64,000 nucleotides of DNA. Origin: Fastidiosipila sp. GTDB lineage: Bacteria; Bacillota; Clostridia; Saccharofermentanales; DTU023. Location of the stretch: contig JAAZGO010000002.1 in NCBI GenBank assembly GCA_012511175.1, positions 1,047 through 65,046 of the forward strand, given 5' to 3'. Of the stretch, positions 56,097 to 64,000 are shown one piece after another. Position 1 is the first letter of the stretch. Each line of letters opens with the position of its first letter. The translations under genes and the position numbers were made by a program. The notes under the pieces were generated by a model. The model ran no database searches and had not been told where the DNA came from. It saw only the letters and a list, made by a program, of their open reading frames with translations.

Positions 56097-56371
56097 CCCT
56101 CAAAGGCAGTGAAGGGAAGAGTAGGCTGGCTGGTGTCGGACAGAGAACCCGGTAAGGTGGAAGCGGGGCGGGACCGAGAGCTGAACATGGCCCCTGAGCC
56201 GCAGGGCTGAGCGAATGGTTAGGTCCTGACGGGTGCGCCCGTTACAGCGCCGGAGTATGATGGTACTCTCAGAGGCTTGAATCGTGAGGTTCAGGCGAAT
56301 CCGGGTGGTAACACGACGTTGACAAGCGCTCGTCCCGGAACCTTGGAAGGTTCCGGGACGGGCGTTTTTTC
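56097..56371 (+). promoter_or_regulatory. T-box riboswitch leader (probable Met specifier AUG at 56187..56189)
   Basis: Stem I elements are CAGAGA and the distal GGTGGAAG. The specifier-loop candidate is GAACATGG. The T-box sequence AATCCGGGTGGTAACACGACG is at 56298..56318. A terminator follows, and the leader sits upstream of metNIQ. Confidence 0.8.
56331..56371 (+). terminator. T-box terminator hairpin
   Basis: CGTCCCGGAACC-TTGGAA-GGTTCCGGGACG forms a 12-bp stem, followed by GGCGTTTTTT. Confidence 0.8.
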
Positions 56372-56391
56372 TTGGAGGCGAAAGAGGAGCA

Positions 56392-57429
56392 TTGAGTATT
56401 CTGGAAGTTAAAAATTTGAGCAAGTCCTTCCCCTTGGAGGGGGATACTTTGCGGGCAGTGGACCAAGTCAGTTTTTCGGTCGACGAAGGCGAAATCTATG
56501 GCCTGATCGGCCTGTCCGGGGCAGGAAAATCCACCCTGGTTCGCTGCTTGAATCTGCTGACCCGGCCCGATCAGGGTGAAATATGGTTTGACGGCCTGAA
56601 CCTGGTGGATCAGCCGGAGGAGGTGCTCCGCGACAAGCGGAGGGAGATGGGTATCATCTTCCAGCACTTCAACCTCTTTATGAGGAAGACCGTCCGGGAC
56701 AATGTGGCCTATCCCCTGCGTTTGTGGGGTAGATCCAAAACAGAGATCAAGGCCCGGGTTGACGAACTGCTTGACTACATCGGCCTTTCAGCCCATGCCA
56801 AATCCTACCCGGCCGAACTGTCGGGCGGCCAAAAGCAGCGGGTGGCCATCGCACGGGCCCTGGCCTTGAATCCCCGGCTTTTGCTGTCGGATGAGGCGAC
56901 CTCGGCCCTGGATCCTGTCAACACTGAACTGGTGGTAACCATGCTTCGCAAGGTAGTTGACGACCTGGGGATCGCAGTCATCTTGATCACCCATCAAATG
57001 GAAGTGGCCAAGGTGCTCTGCGACCGGGTGGCAGTCATGGAAGAGGGGCGGCTGGTTGAAGAGAATACGGTTGAACAGCTCTTCCTGCAGCCCAGGGAGG
57101 CCGCGACCCGCCGCATGGTGCGTGGATTTGATGAGGACATCCCCCTGGAGCGCCTGGCTTCATTGACCTCAGCTCCCGTCTACCGGCTGGGTTTCCGGTC
57201 CGAATCGGTCAGGCGGCCCCTCATCTCCAATCTAGCCCGCCAGTACGAGCTGGATGTCAATATCCTGGCAGGCAACATCAATGCCCTGGTGACCGGTGAC
57301 ATTGGCTACCTGGTTGTGTCATTTGACGGGGACCGGGAAAAAGAGGAGACCGCCCTTGAAGCACTGAAAAAAGAGGGCGTTGAGATCCTGCGGCTGACCA
57401 ACGCTCAGCGGGGAGGTTTGGTTTCATGA
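56392..57429 (+). CDS. metN: methionine ABC transporter ATP-binding protein
   Basis: GLSGAGKST, LSGGQKQRVAIARAL and a C-terminal NIL domain (...LVTGDIGYLVVSF.G). AGAGGAG RBS precedes TTG 56392. Confidence 0.93.
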   Translation: MSILEVKNLSKSFPLEGDTLRAVDQVSFSVDEGEIYGLIGLSGAGKSTLVRCLNLLTRPDQGEIWFDGLNLVDQPEEVLRDKRREMGIIFQHFNLFMRKTVRDNVAYPLRLWGRSKTEIKARVDELLDYIGLSAHAKSYPAELSGGQKQRVAIARALALNPRLLLSDEATSALDPVNTELVVTMLRKVVDDLGIAVILITHQMEVAKVLCDRVAVMEEGRLVEENTVEQLFLQPREAATRRMVRGFDEDIPLERLASLTSAPVYRLGFRSESVRRPLISNLARQYELDVNILAGNINALVTGDIGYLVVSFDGDREKEETALEALKKEGVEILRLTNAQRGGLVS

Positions 57430-58082
57430 ATGACTTTGTCAAAGCCACCTGGGAAACCCTCCTCATGGTCGGGGCAAGCAGCTTCTTCTCCGTTTTGTTA
57501 GGACTCCCCCTGGGCGTATTGCTCGTCCTGACAAAACCGGAGGGGCTGCTCCCCCGCCCACAGCTTTACCGTATCCTTGATTTCATTATCAATGTGCTTC
57601 GGTCTTTGCCTTTCATTGTCCTCATGATCGTTGTCTTCCCGCTTTCCCGTCTGCTGATCGGGCGGGCGACGGGGACAACGGCCACCATCGTGCCGTTGGC
57701 TGTTGCCGCCATTCCCTTTGTTGCCCGGATCATGGAACAGAGCCTGCTGGAAGTCGACACCGGGGTCCTGGACGCGGGCCTGGCCTGCGGCGCCCGGGTC
57801 GGTCAGCTGGTCAAAACCGTCCTCATCCCTGAGGCTTTGCCGTCCCTGGTCAACGGGGTGACCATCACCATCATCAACATCATCGGCAACTCGGCCATGG
57901 CAGGCGCTATCGGCGGCGGAGGCCTGGGCGACCTGGCTGTCCGCTACGGTCTTTACCGAAGGAACGCCGTGAAGCTCTATATCGCCGTTGCCATCATCAT
58001 CCTGATCGTCCAGCTCGTCCAATGGGCGGGCAGGGCGCTCGAAAACAGCTTGCGCCGGGACTTACCCGTCGCTTCCCTATAA
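57426..58082 (+). CDS. metI: methionine ABC transporter permease
   Basis: Five-TM MetI-type permease with ARIMEQSLLEVD..V.DAG...GA. ATGA overlap with metN. Confidence 0.93.
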   Translation: MNDFVKATWETLLMVGASSFFSVLLGLPLGVLLVLTKPEGLLPRPQLYRILDFIINVLRSLPFIVLMIVVFPLSRLLIGRATGTTATIVPLAVAAIPFVARIMEQSLLEVDTGVLDAGLACGARVGQLVKTVLIPEALPSLVNGVTITIINIIGNSAMAGAIGGGGLGDLAVRYGLYRRNAVKLYIAVAIIILIVQLVQWAGRALENSLRRDLPVASL

Positions 58083-58100
58083 ATGCAAAAGGAGAAAAAC

Positions 58101-58946
58101 ATGAAAAAGCACATTATCGGAATACTCACCATTATTTTGCTGGCGACTCTGCTTATTGCCGTGTCAGCCTGCTCCAAGAAACAGGACAAGCTGGTCATCG
58201 GAGTCAGCCCGGCACCCCACGCCGATATCGTCGCCCTGGTGGTCGATGAACTGAAAGAGCAGGGGATCACGCTTGAAATCCGCGAATTCAGTGACTACGT
58301 TACACCCAATATTGCCTTGTCGGACAAGGATATCGACGCCAACTACTTCCAACACATCCCTTACTTTGCCCACGAGAACAGTGTCGGCAAGTTCGGACTG
58401 GAAATCCTGGGAGGCATCCACATTGAACCCATGGGTCTCTTTTCAACCAAGCATGCCTCCTTGTCCGACCTGCCCGACGGCGCTGAGATCATGGTCCCCA
58501 ACGATACCACCAACGAAGGCCGTGCCCTCCTGCTTCTCCAACAAGTCGGCCTGATCACCTTGAAAGAAGGTGTTGTCGGTGACGCGACGCCGAAAGACAT
58601 CGTTGACAACCCCAAGGGATTGAAATTCACTGAAATGGATGCTCCTGCCATCCCGGAGACGTACCAGGATGTGGACGCGGCGGTGATCAACGGGAATTAC
58701 GCTATTGAGCACGGCTTGAATCCGGTCAAGGAATCCCTGGCCATTGAAGATGAATCCAGCCCTTATGTCAACATCATTGCCGTCAAAGAGGGTGATGCCA
58801 AGCGTCCTGAACTGCAAAAGCTTCTGGAGGCGCTCCAGAGCGACAAGGTAAAAGCCTATATTGAGGAGAAATACGAAGGGGCTGTCGTACCGGCCTTCCA
58901 GACCAAAGAGGTCGCGGACAAACTGGCGGAGGAATACCGACCCTAG
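58101..58946 (+). CDS. metQ: MetQ/NlpA-family methionine-binding lipoprotein
   Basis: Lipobox IAVSAC, then GVSPAPHADI, NYFQH.PY and VPND.TNEGRAL. AAGGAG RBS precedes ATG 58101. Confidence 0.9.
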   Translation: MKKHIIGILTIILLATLLIAVSACSKKQDKLVIGVSPAPHADIVALVVDELKEQGITLEIREFSDYVTPNIALSDKDIDANYFQHIPYFAHENSVGKFGLEILGGIHIEPMGLFSTKHASLSDLPDGAEIMVPNDTTNEGRALLLLQQVGLITLKEGVVGDATPKDIVDNPKGLKFTEMDAPAIPETYQDVDAAVINGNYAIEHGLNPVKESLAIEDESSPYVNIIAVKEGDAKRPELQKLLEALQSDKVKAYIEEKYEGAVVPAFQTKEVADKLAEEYRP

Positions 58947-59115
58947 CGCGTTCGTTTAACTCTGTGCGGGATGCCTCTTTCCTTTTTCTCCTGATATGAT
59001 GGGATCAGCCACAGGCATCCCGCACGCAAAACGACGGGCAAGCCAGCCTGAGAAAGTCATGCCTCTTCCATTTTGGGAGAAGCGAAACATCTGTTTAAAC
59101 GAATGGGGTTAAGAG

Positions 59116-59622
59116 CTAATAGCCGTAGGAACCTTCAATGGATTCATCATTGACGATCCAGTCCTGGACTTCAATCTTGCGGTATTGATCCCGTGTATCA
59201 CGGATATAGACGTATTTGATGCCGGCATTGATGATCAGGCGCTTGCACATGGCGCAGGAAGAAGCCTCTTTGATGTAGTCGCCGGTTGTGACTTCTTTGC
59301 CCACAAGGTAAAGCGAACTGCCGATCATCTCGCTTCGGGCCGCGCTGATGATGGCATTGGCTTCAGCGTGAACACTGCGGCAGAGTTCATAGCGCTCGCC
59401 GCGGGGTACCTGCAGGCGCTCCCTTGTGCAGTAACCCAGTTCATTGCAGTTGGCCCGCCCCCGGGGAGCCCCCACATAGCCGGTGGAGATGACCTCGTCA
59501 TCCTTGACGATGACTGCCCCGTAATGGCGGCGGATGCAGGTAGAACGCTCGCTGACAACCTCAGCCAGATCCAGGTAATAGTTGGTTTTATCCCGGCGGG
59601 TAAAGACGGTTTGATCGCTCAT
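59116..59622 (-). CDS. comEB: deoxycytidylate (dCMP) deaminase, ComEB-like
   Basis: Zinc-binding motifs VHAEANAI and SCAMCKRLIINAGI of the cytidine/deoxycytidylate deaminase family. Confidence 0.9.
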   Translation of the reverse strand: MSDQTVFTRRDKTNYYLDLAEVVSERSTCIRRHYGAVIVKDDEVISTGYVGAPRGRANCNELGYCTRERLQVPRGERYELCRSVHAEANAIISAARSEMIGSSLYLVGKEVTTGDYIKEASSCAMCKRLIINAGIKYVYIRDTRDQYRKIEVQDWIVNDESIEGSYGY

Positions 59623-59990
59623 GGTGCAGTCCTCACATACTCTTGCTGATTGCTAGAATAACACAGAGGCGGCCGCGATCCAGGACCAGATCGGCCCAGG
59701 TTCTGAGAAAAAATGGGTCTTTTATGCGGTAATGCCCCTGCTGCGGCGGATCCATGACGGCCCAGTCTGTGTCCATTTAGAGCCACGAGCCGCCTGACTG
59801 TACAGAATATCGTTTACGGATAAAGGTCGGAATCTCGTGCACAATGCACAGAACTTAATGCCGAAGTGCATTGATATGCCGACAAATACTTCATTATTCA
59901 AATAAAGTATAGTATCATATGTTTGAAATACGGTCATTTGCCGAACTTGCATTATTCCTGACGAGTAGGGATATCATCCTTGCGGGAGAG

Positions 59991-60131
59991 ATGAAAATGC
60001 GCAAAACCATTGTGGCAATTCTGACAGTATTGATTTTCCTTTTGTGGGCGATTTCAACGCCGCCGGCGGAACCAGCCAGGAGAGCATCCGAAAAAATTCT
60101 TTTCCAGCAGATGATCAGGCCTTCACTTTAG
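59991..60131 (+). CDS. possible small membrane or secreted peptide (46 aa)
   Basis: GGGAGAG RBS directly precedes ATG 59991. MKMRKTIVAILTVLIFLLWAISTPPAEP... is signal/TM-like. It lies immediately upstream of the next two co-oriented genes. Evidence is weak. Confidence 0.35.
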   Translation: MKMRKTIVAILTVLIFLLWAISTPPAEPARRASEKILFQQMIRPSL

Positions 60132-60165
60132 ACATGGAAAACAAACATGTATGGGAGGGATTAAC

Positions 60166-61698
60166 ATGCGCATCACCGTCTTGTTATTTACAGTAATGCT
60201 TATCCTCTTGTCCTTTGCTCCTTCAGCATTCGCACAGGAAGTCCGAACGACGCTGCTCGATATCGCCATGGTTACGGAAGATGCCATCCACCTGTTTACA
60301 ATCGGTTGGGAGCGGGGTGAGTTAAGCGCGACCTTGATTGCGCCGGACGGCACCAGGATCCCCCAGGACGATCCGCCTGACGGAGTCTTGGTGGCTACAA
60401 GTGAACAGATTATCATCTTCCGCGTCGAAAACCCACAAAAAGGGCTCTGGAAAGCAGAACTCAAGGAATTCGACAACGGGCGTGTTGGCATCATCACGGA
60501 AAAGCTCTACCTACCCCTCATTGTGGAAAAGGTCACGGCCCGACAGGAGGGAAGCGATATTCTCGTTGATTTTTCCATCAAAGGCGATAAAAACAAAACT
60601 TGCAGCTACGATGTCTATCTTACCCTGGACGGTCAGTACCAAAAAGGGCGCCTCTTACAAAGCGGGGCCTCATTGACCGGCGAACAGGTGAGCCTTAGAT
60701 GTCCCGGCAAGGATGTCAGCAGCTATGAAAAATGGCAGGTCACCGTCTATGCCGAATGCGAGACGAATGGATTTACCGATTTTCATTCGGCCTCTTCCCT
60801 GCCCTTTGTTTTTGCCAATCCGGAAGCGCCGGGATTGGTGAGAGATCTCAAGGCCTTTCTTCATGAAAATGGGGTTCGCGCGGAGTGGCAGCCGCCGGAC
60901 GAAACCATTACCGGCTACCTCGCGGTCCTCTATGACGCCAACGATGAGCTCATTCATTCCGTCACGCTCAAGGCCGAAGAGACACAGGCACAGCTTCCCT
61001 TCTTCGACCAGGAGCTTGTCAAAATTGCCATCTCATCCATCAGAGAGGGCATCTGTGGATTGCCCAACACGCTCCTTGTCAATGCGGACATGACTCTGGC
61101 TTCCCTGGTTGGTTTTAGTCTTCCGGACCAACCCGCAACCTCCAATGGCTACATTGAACTTGCCTACGACACCGGCGGGAAAACAGTCCCCCTGTCCGTG
61201 GACCTGGACGGGCAGCAAAGCGATCGAACCTTAACAGGAGACGGCGTTTTACGTTTGCCCGTACACAACGGGACCAACCGGATCACGGTCAGCGCCGAGG
61301 GGGATAACGGCGTATGGGTCTCCGAAAGAAAAACATACATGCTCGACCTGATAGCTCCCACCTTGCGCATTTTTGTGGACTGGGACGCCATCGTCACTTC
61401 CAAAAAGAAGATCCTCTTGTCCGGGAATGCATCCCAGGCGCAGGTCACCGTTAACGGCGAAACCGTGGAGACAAAAGACAACGGAAATTTCAGCAAAGAG
61501 GTGCCGCTTGACTATGGCATCAATCTTTTAAAGGTGACGGCAACAAACGATTCAGGAAACACGACCACCTATGAAGCTCATGTAACGAGGAGAGACTTGG
61601 CATCATCCTTTCCATGGTGGCTTCTCGGAGGTCTTCTTGCGGCCGCGCTCGTCGTTCCGGCCTATGCGCTGTCGAATCGAAGGAGGCGTTCAAAATGA
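60166..61698 (+). CDS. secreted, C-terminally membrane-anchored beta-rich protein of unknown function
   Basis: Signal peptide MRITVLLFTVMLILLSFAPSAFA/QEV. C-terminal TM WWLLGGLLAAALVVPAYAL followed by SNRRRRSK. GGGAGGG RBS precedes ATG 60166. Confidence 0.7.
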   Translation: MRITVLLFTVMLILLSFAPSAFAQEVRTTLLDIAMVTEDAIHLFTIGWERGELSATLIAPDGTRIPQDDPPDGVLVATSEQIIIFRVENPQKGLWKAELKEFDNGRVGIITEKLYLPLIVEKVTARQEGSDILVDFSIKGDKNKTCSYDVYLTLDGQYQKGRLLQSGASLTGEQVSLRCPGKDVSSYEKWQVTVYAECETNGFTDFHSASSLPFVFANPEAPGLVRDLKAFLHENGVRAEWQPPDETITGYLAVLYDANDELIHSVTLKAEETQAQLPFFDQELVKIAISSIREGICGLPNTLLVNADMTLASLVGFSLPDQPATSNGYIELAYDTGGKTVPLSVDLDGQQSDRTLTGDGVLRLPVHNGTNRITVSAEGDNGVWVSERKTYMLDLIAPTLRIFVDWDAIVTSKKKILLSGNASQAQVTVNGETVETKDNGNFSKEVPLDYGINLLKVTATNDSGNTTTYEAHVTRRDLASSFPWWLLGGLLAAALVVPAYALSNRRRRSK

Positions 61699-64000
61699 GT
61701 GAGGTGCTTGTTTTATTGTTGGAATCGCCCGTGATGCAAATTTCGCTTTCGGTATTTCTTGCCGTGATCGGCCTCTTCATCGTGGCGGCCGTCCAACGCA
61801 GACTGGGCAAGCTGACGGCCATCGTACTGGCCGTCTTGATGCTGGCCAGTCTTTCAGCGGGGACGGTTGACGGGATCCGGCGCTATGCTGAAAAAGCGGG
61901 GCGCACCAAAATGCTTCAATCGGAAAAGGAAGCGCTGACTGCACTGGCCGCTGGGGATTCGAGAAAAGCCTATGCCAAGGCAATTGATTCCATCTTGGCA
62001 CAGCCCGACCGTCCTCTCTCTGTGCTTACGGCGGCCCGGGCGGCCTTGCTGACCGGCGATCTTGCTGCGGCCGATCAATTCTACGGACAATTACAAACCC
62101 TATCCGCTGATGACCTCGAAGATTGGAATATGGCAAACAATGAGGAAGAGATCAGCACCTGGAACCAGCTGTCGCAGCTGCCAAAAGATGAGGTAAAAGA
62201 GGCGGCCGGTTCTTTTTCCGAACAGGTGAAACAAAACATTGACGAGCAGACAGGTGTCCTTCCGGACATTCAGGAAGCTTCCGACAATTACGGTTCTGTA
62301 CGCGATTTAGAAATCCAGCTCCATGACGCCCAGCAAACGGAAACCAATGCGACCGATCTGACCGCCATCGATCAGGAACTGCATGACCTGATGGACGAGC
62401 CCGGCGGGGAGGAAGCAAGGGACCTTCTGATCGAGTCCCTGGTCTGGCAGCAGCAATGGGATGCTCTTCTCTCCTGGCTGATCAATGACGGAGCCCCTGG
62501 CCTTCTTGACCTGGCTGAGCTTGTTCTCGAAGGAGCCTTGCCCGATGGTTTGCTGGCTGGCGCCCTCTTGACCGGTTCCGATCTTGATGCGGTACAGAAG
62601 CTGGCCGACAGGCTCTGGTCTATGAGGGGTGCCAAAAGCAATCGCGGCCGGCTTCATCTGATCTTGGGCAGGATCTATGCCCAGTTGCTGAAGAACCCCG
62701 AAAAAGCCCTGGACATCATCTATCAGGCACTCAATACAAACCTGCACCTTAGTGCTGAAGATTTGTCCATCCTGAGGGAGCTTGAGGCCCTGCGCCTCAT
62801 GCTTGAATTGATGGGAGTAGAGCTCGGCAACAACATGCTGAACGACTATCTGAACGATTCGTGGGACGGGTGGAGCGGAGATACCGGGCAAGACGATTCG
62901 GGTCCGGACGATCGGCCACCGGAGGAGACTACGACGACCGATGAGCCGGATGAGCCGGATGAGCCGGATGAGCCGGAATGGCCCCCGGAATTATCCGGTG
63001 AAAATATCCGGACGGATTTCCTGCCCTTTTTCAACATTTGCGCTCCCGAGATGACCCAAGCGGGCCACCTCCGCTTCTATGTCACCATGGCCGAGGGAAG
63101 CGCCGGCTTCCCCGAGGGAGAACCTGAGGGGACGGACTTCGAGTTCCGTACCAATATTGGTTCGCACTATAGCCTTGGAGTCCATTCGATGACCCCGGCC
63201 CAAGACATCGAACGCTACACCATGCTCCTGATTGACTGCCGTCCGCAGATGAGCGAGAAAGCGCTGGGGCTGGCGAAAACCGCCGCTTTGGCCTATGTAC
63301 GCTCCATGCCTGAAGGTGAGCATGTCCTGGTCTATAAAGCGGGACTGCCCTGGCAGGATCCTAATCTCAAATTCACCGAACCCGGTGAAAAAATCGAACT
63401 TTTTGGCAATATGGAAATGGAAACATTTCTATTCAGCAGCGATAAAGTCAAGCTGGAAGCTTACATCAAGGCCGATTACCCCGGCGATGCCTTCTTTGAT
63501 CCGGACATGTATTTCATGATCTCCTGGGCCCTGAACCAGATGACTGCGATCAGTCAGCGGGGTGTCAGCGGAGAGTGGGATACCTTCCCTCTGACATCCG
63601 CGATTCCTCGGTTCGGGCAGGTCATTGTTTTTACCAACGGTGATCCCGGAACGGGGCAAATCGCGGGCGGTGAAAAAAGCATTGAATACGTCAGGGCCGC
63701 GGCCATTGCCGCCAACGCGGCCGTTCATATCGTAGAGGTCGGGCAATCGCAGGAACGCGCGGACCTTGAAGCGATCGCAGAGGCTGGACGCGGATCATAC
63801 CTTGACCCGTCAGTAGACAGTCTTATGGCCTTTTATAATTACGTCCGCTATCGGGAGGTCAAACTCTTTCTTGCTGACTGCGACTGCTCTGAAATTGGAT
63901 GCACCTCGGACAGTTTTTTCGAGCTTCAGGCCAAGCATAAACCGACCGACGTCGTGGTGGGCTTTTTCCGGGGTCCCGGAAAAGGAGTGGATCTTATCGG
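61695..64000 (+). CDS. membrane-anchored TPR-like / acidic-linker / von Willebrand factor A (vWA)-like protein, 3'-truncated by the window end
   Basis: Absent from the ORF track because it has no stop in the window. I translated 61695..64000 by hand and found no stop. ATGA overlap with the previous gene. N-terminal TM segments are followed by a helical region, then DEPDEPDEPDEPE, then vWA-like YTMLLIDCRPQM ... VIVFTNGD ... AVHIVEVGQSQERADLEAIAEAGRGSY. Confidence 0.8.
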   Translation, partial: MSEVLVLLLESPVMQISLSVFLAVIGLFIVAAVQRRLGKLTAIVLAVLMLASLSAGTVDGIRRYAEKAGRTKMLQSEKEALTALAAGDSRKAYAKAIDSILAQPDRPLSVLTAARAALLTGDLAAADQFYGQLQTLSADDLEDWNMANNEEEISTWNQLSQLPKDEVKEAAGSFSEQVKQNIDEQTGVLPDIQEASDNYGSVRDLEIQLHDAQQTETNATDLTAIDQELHDLMDEPGGEEARDLLIESLVWQQQWDALLSWLINDGAPGLLDLAELVLEGALPDGLLAGALLTGSDLDAVQKLADRLWSMRGAKSNRGRLHLILGRIYAQLLKNPEKALDIIYQALNTNLHLSAEDLSILRELEALRLMLELMGVELGNNMLNDYLNDSWDGWSGDTGQDDSGPDDRPPEETTTTDEPDEPDEPDEPEWPPELSGENIRTDFLPFFNICAPEMTQAGHLRFYVTMAEGSAGFPEGEPEGTDFEFRTNIGSHYSLGVHSMTPAQDIERYTMLLIDCRPQMSEKALGLAKTAALAYVRSMPEGEHVLVYKAGLPWQDPNLKFTEPGEKIELFGNMEMETFLFSSDKVKLEAYIKADYPGDAFFDPDMYFMISWALNQMTAISQRGVSGEWDTFPLTSAIPRFGQVIVFTNGDPGTGQIAGGEKSIEYVRAAAIAANAAVHIVEVGQSQERADLEAIAEAGRGSYLDPSVDSLMAFYNYVRYREVKLFLADCDCSEIGCTSDSFFELQAKHKPTDVVVGFFRGPGKGVDLI
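62940..62975 (+). repeat. perfect 9-bp x4 tandem repeat (GATGAGCCG) encoding (DEP)4
   Basis: Read directly in the sequence. It is in frame within the vWA gene's acidic linker. Confidence 0.9.

Noticed and set aside
56100-56667. Minus-strand ORFs 56100..56423 and 56269..56667
   Set aside because: They overlap the T-box leader and the metN start on the opposite strand. The region is fully explained by those features.
62940-62975. Short tandem repeats, considered as a possible CRISPR-like or regulatory array
   Set aside because: The units are 9 bp, contiguous, without spacers, and in frame inside a coding region. This is a coding microsatellite and not a CRISPR array. No CRISPR array was seen anywhere in the window.
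61520-63746. Series of minus-strand ORFs (e.g. 62307..62891, 62991..63323, 63429..63746), the only ORFs listed for this region
   Set aside because: A plus-strand frame is open without a stop from 61695 to the window end. It has an ATGA-coupled start, TM segments and vWA-like motifs, so the minus-strand ORFs are its shadows.

Overview
This window looks like a chromosomal segment of a GC-rich Bacillota (Clostridia-like) genome. That is an inference from four things: Firmicutes-type gene order (Orn/Lys/Arg decarboxylase-tmk-darA-holB-ricT ... rsmI-metG-tatD; cysS-mrnC-rlmB; tig-clpP-clpX), Cheo-type LexA boxes, a SAM-I riboswitch and a T-box leader. I call about 60 protein genes and one tRNA-Arg(ACG). 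I see no rRNA, CRISPR array, transposase or integrase.

Most of the window is housekeeping: translation factors and aaRS genes (cysS, metG, leuS), metK, recD2, Clp protease, replication clamp-loader genes, a methionine ABC importer and a DUF3798-type ABC importer.

Accessory or unusual content:
1. 46.7-50.7 kb holds an AT-richer three-gene operon: an effector-less STAND NTPase with TPR-like repeats, a cupin-Nudix fusion and a small HD hydrolase. It has its own near-consensus promoter. This is my best candidate for an undescribed anti-phage or signalling system.
2. An Abi_2 gene sits next to a LexA-controlled Y-family polymerase. The polymerase is flanked by two paralogous small ORFs that appear translationally coupled to it.
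3. A minimal Tad/Flp pilus locus carries an unlisted 58-aa Flp pilin, an FHA-domain gene and a degenerate TadZ-like gene.
4. A large surface adhesin (NlpC/P60-like domain plus 8 SpaA/CnaB-like repeats) is split by a frameshift.
5. An AT-rich insertion encodes a double zinc-ribbon/SHOCT protein.
6. A 3'-terminal operon encodes a secreted, membrane-anchored beta-rich protein and a TM-TPR-vWA protein.

Three genes I consider real are missing from the supplied ORF track. These are the Flp pilin (2770..2946, minus strand), a 57-aa ferredoxin (35996..36169) and the open-ended vWA gene (61695..>64000).

Limits: start codons were chosen from RBS and overlap logic and may be off by a few codons. All functional calls come from motif recognition by eye, and no database search was run.
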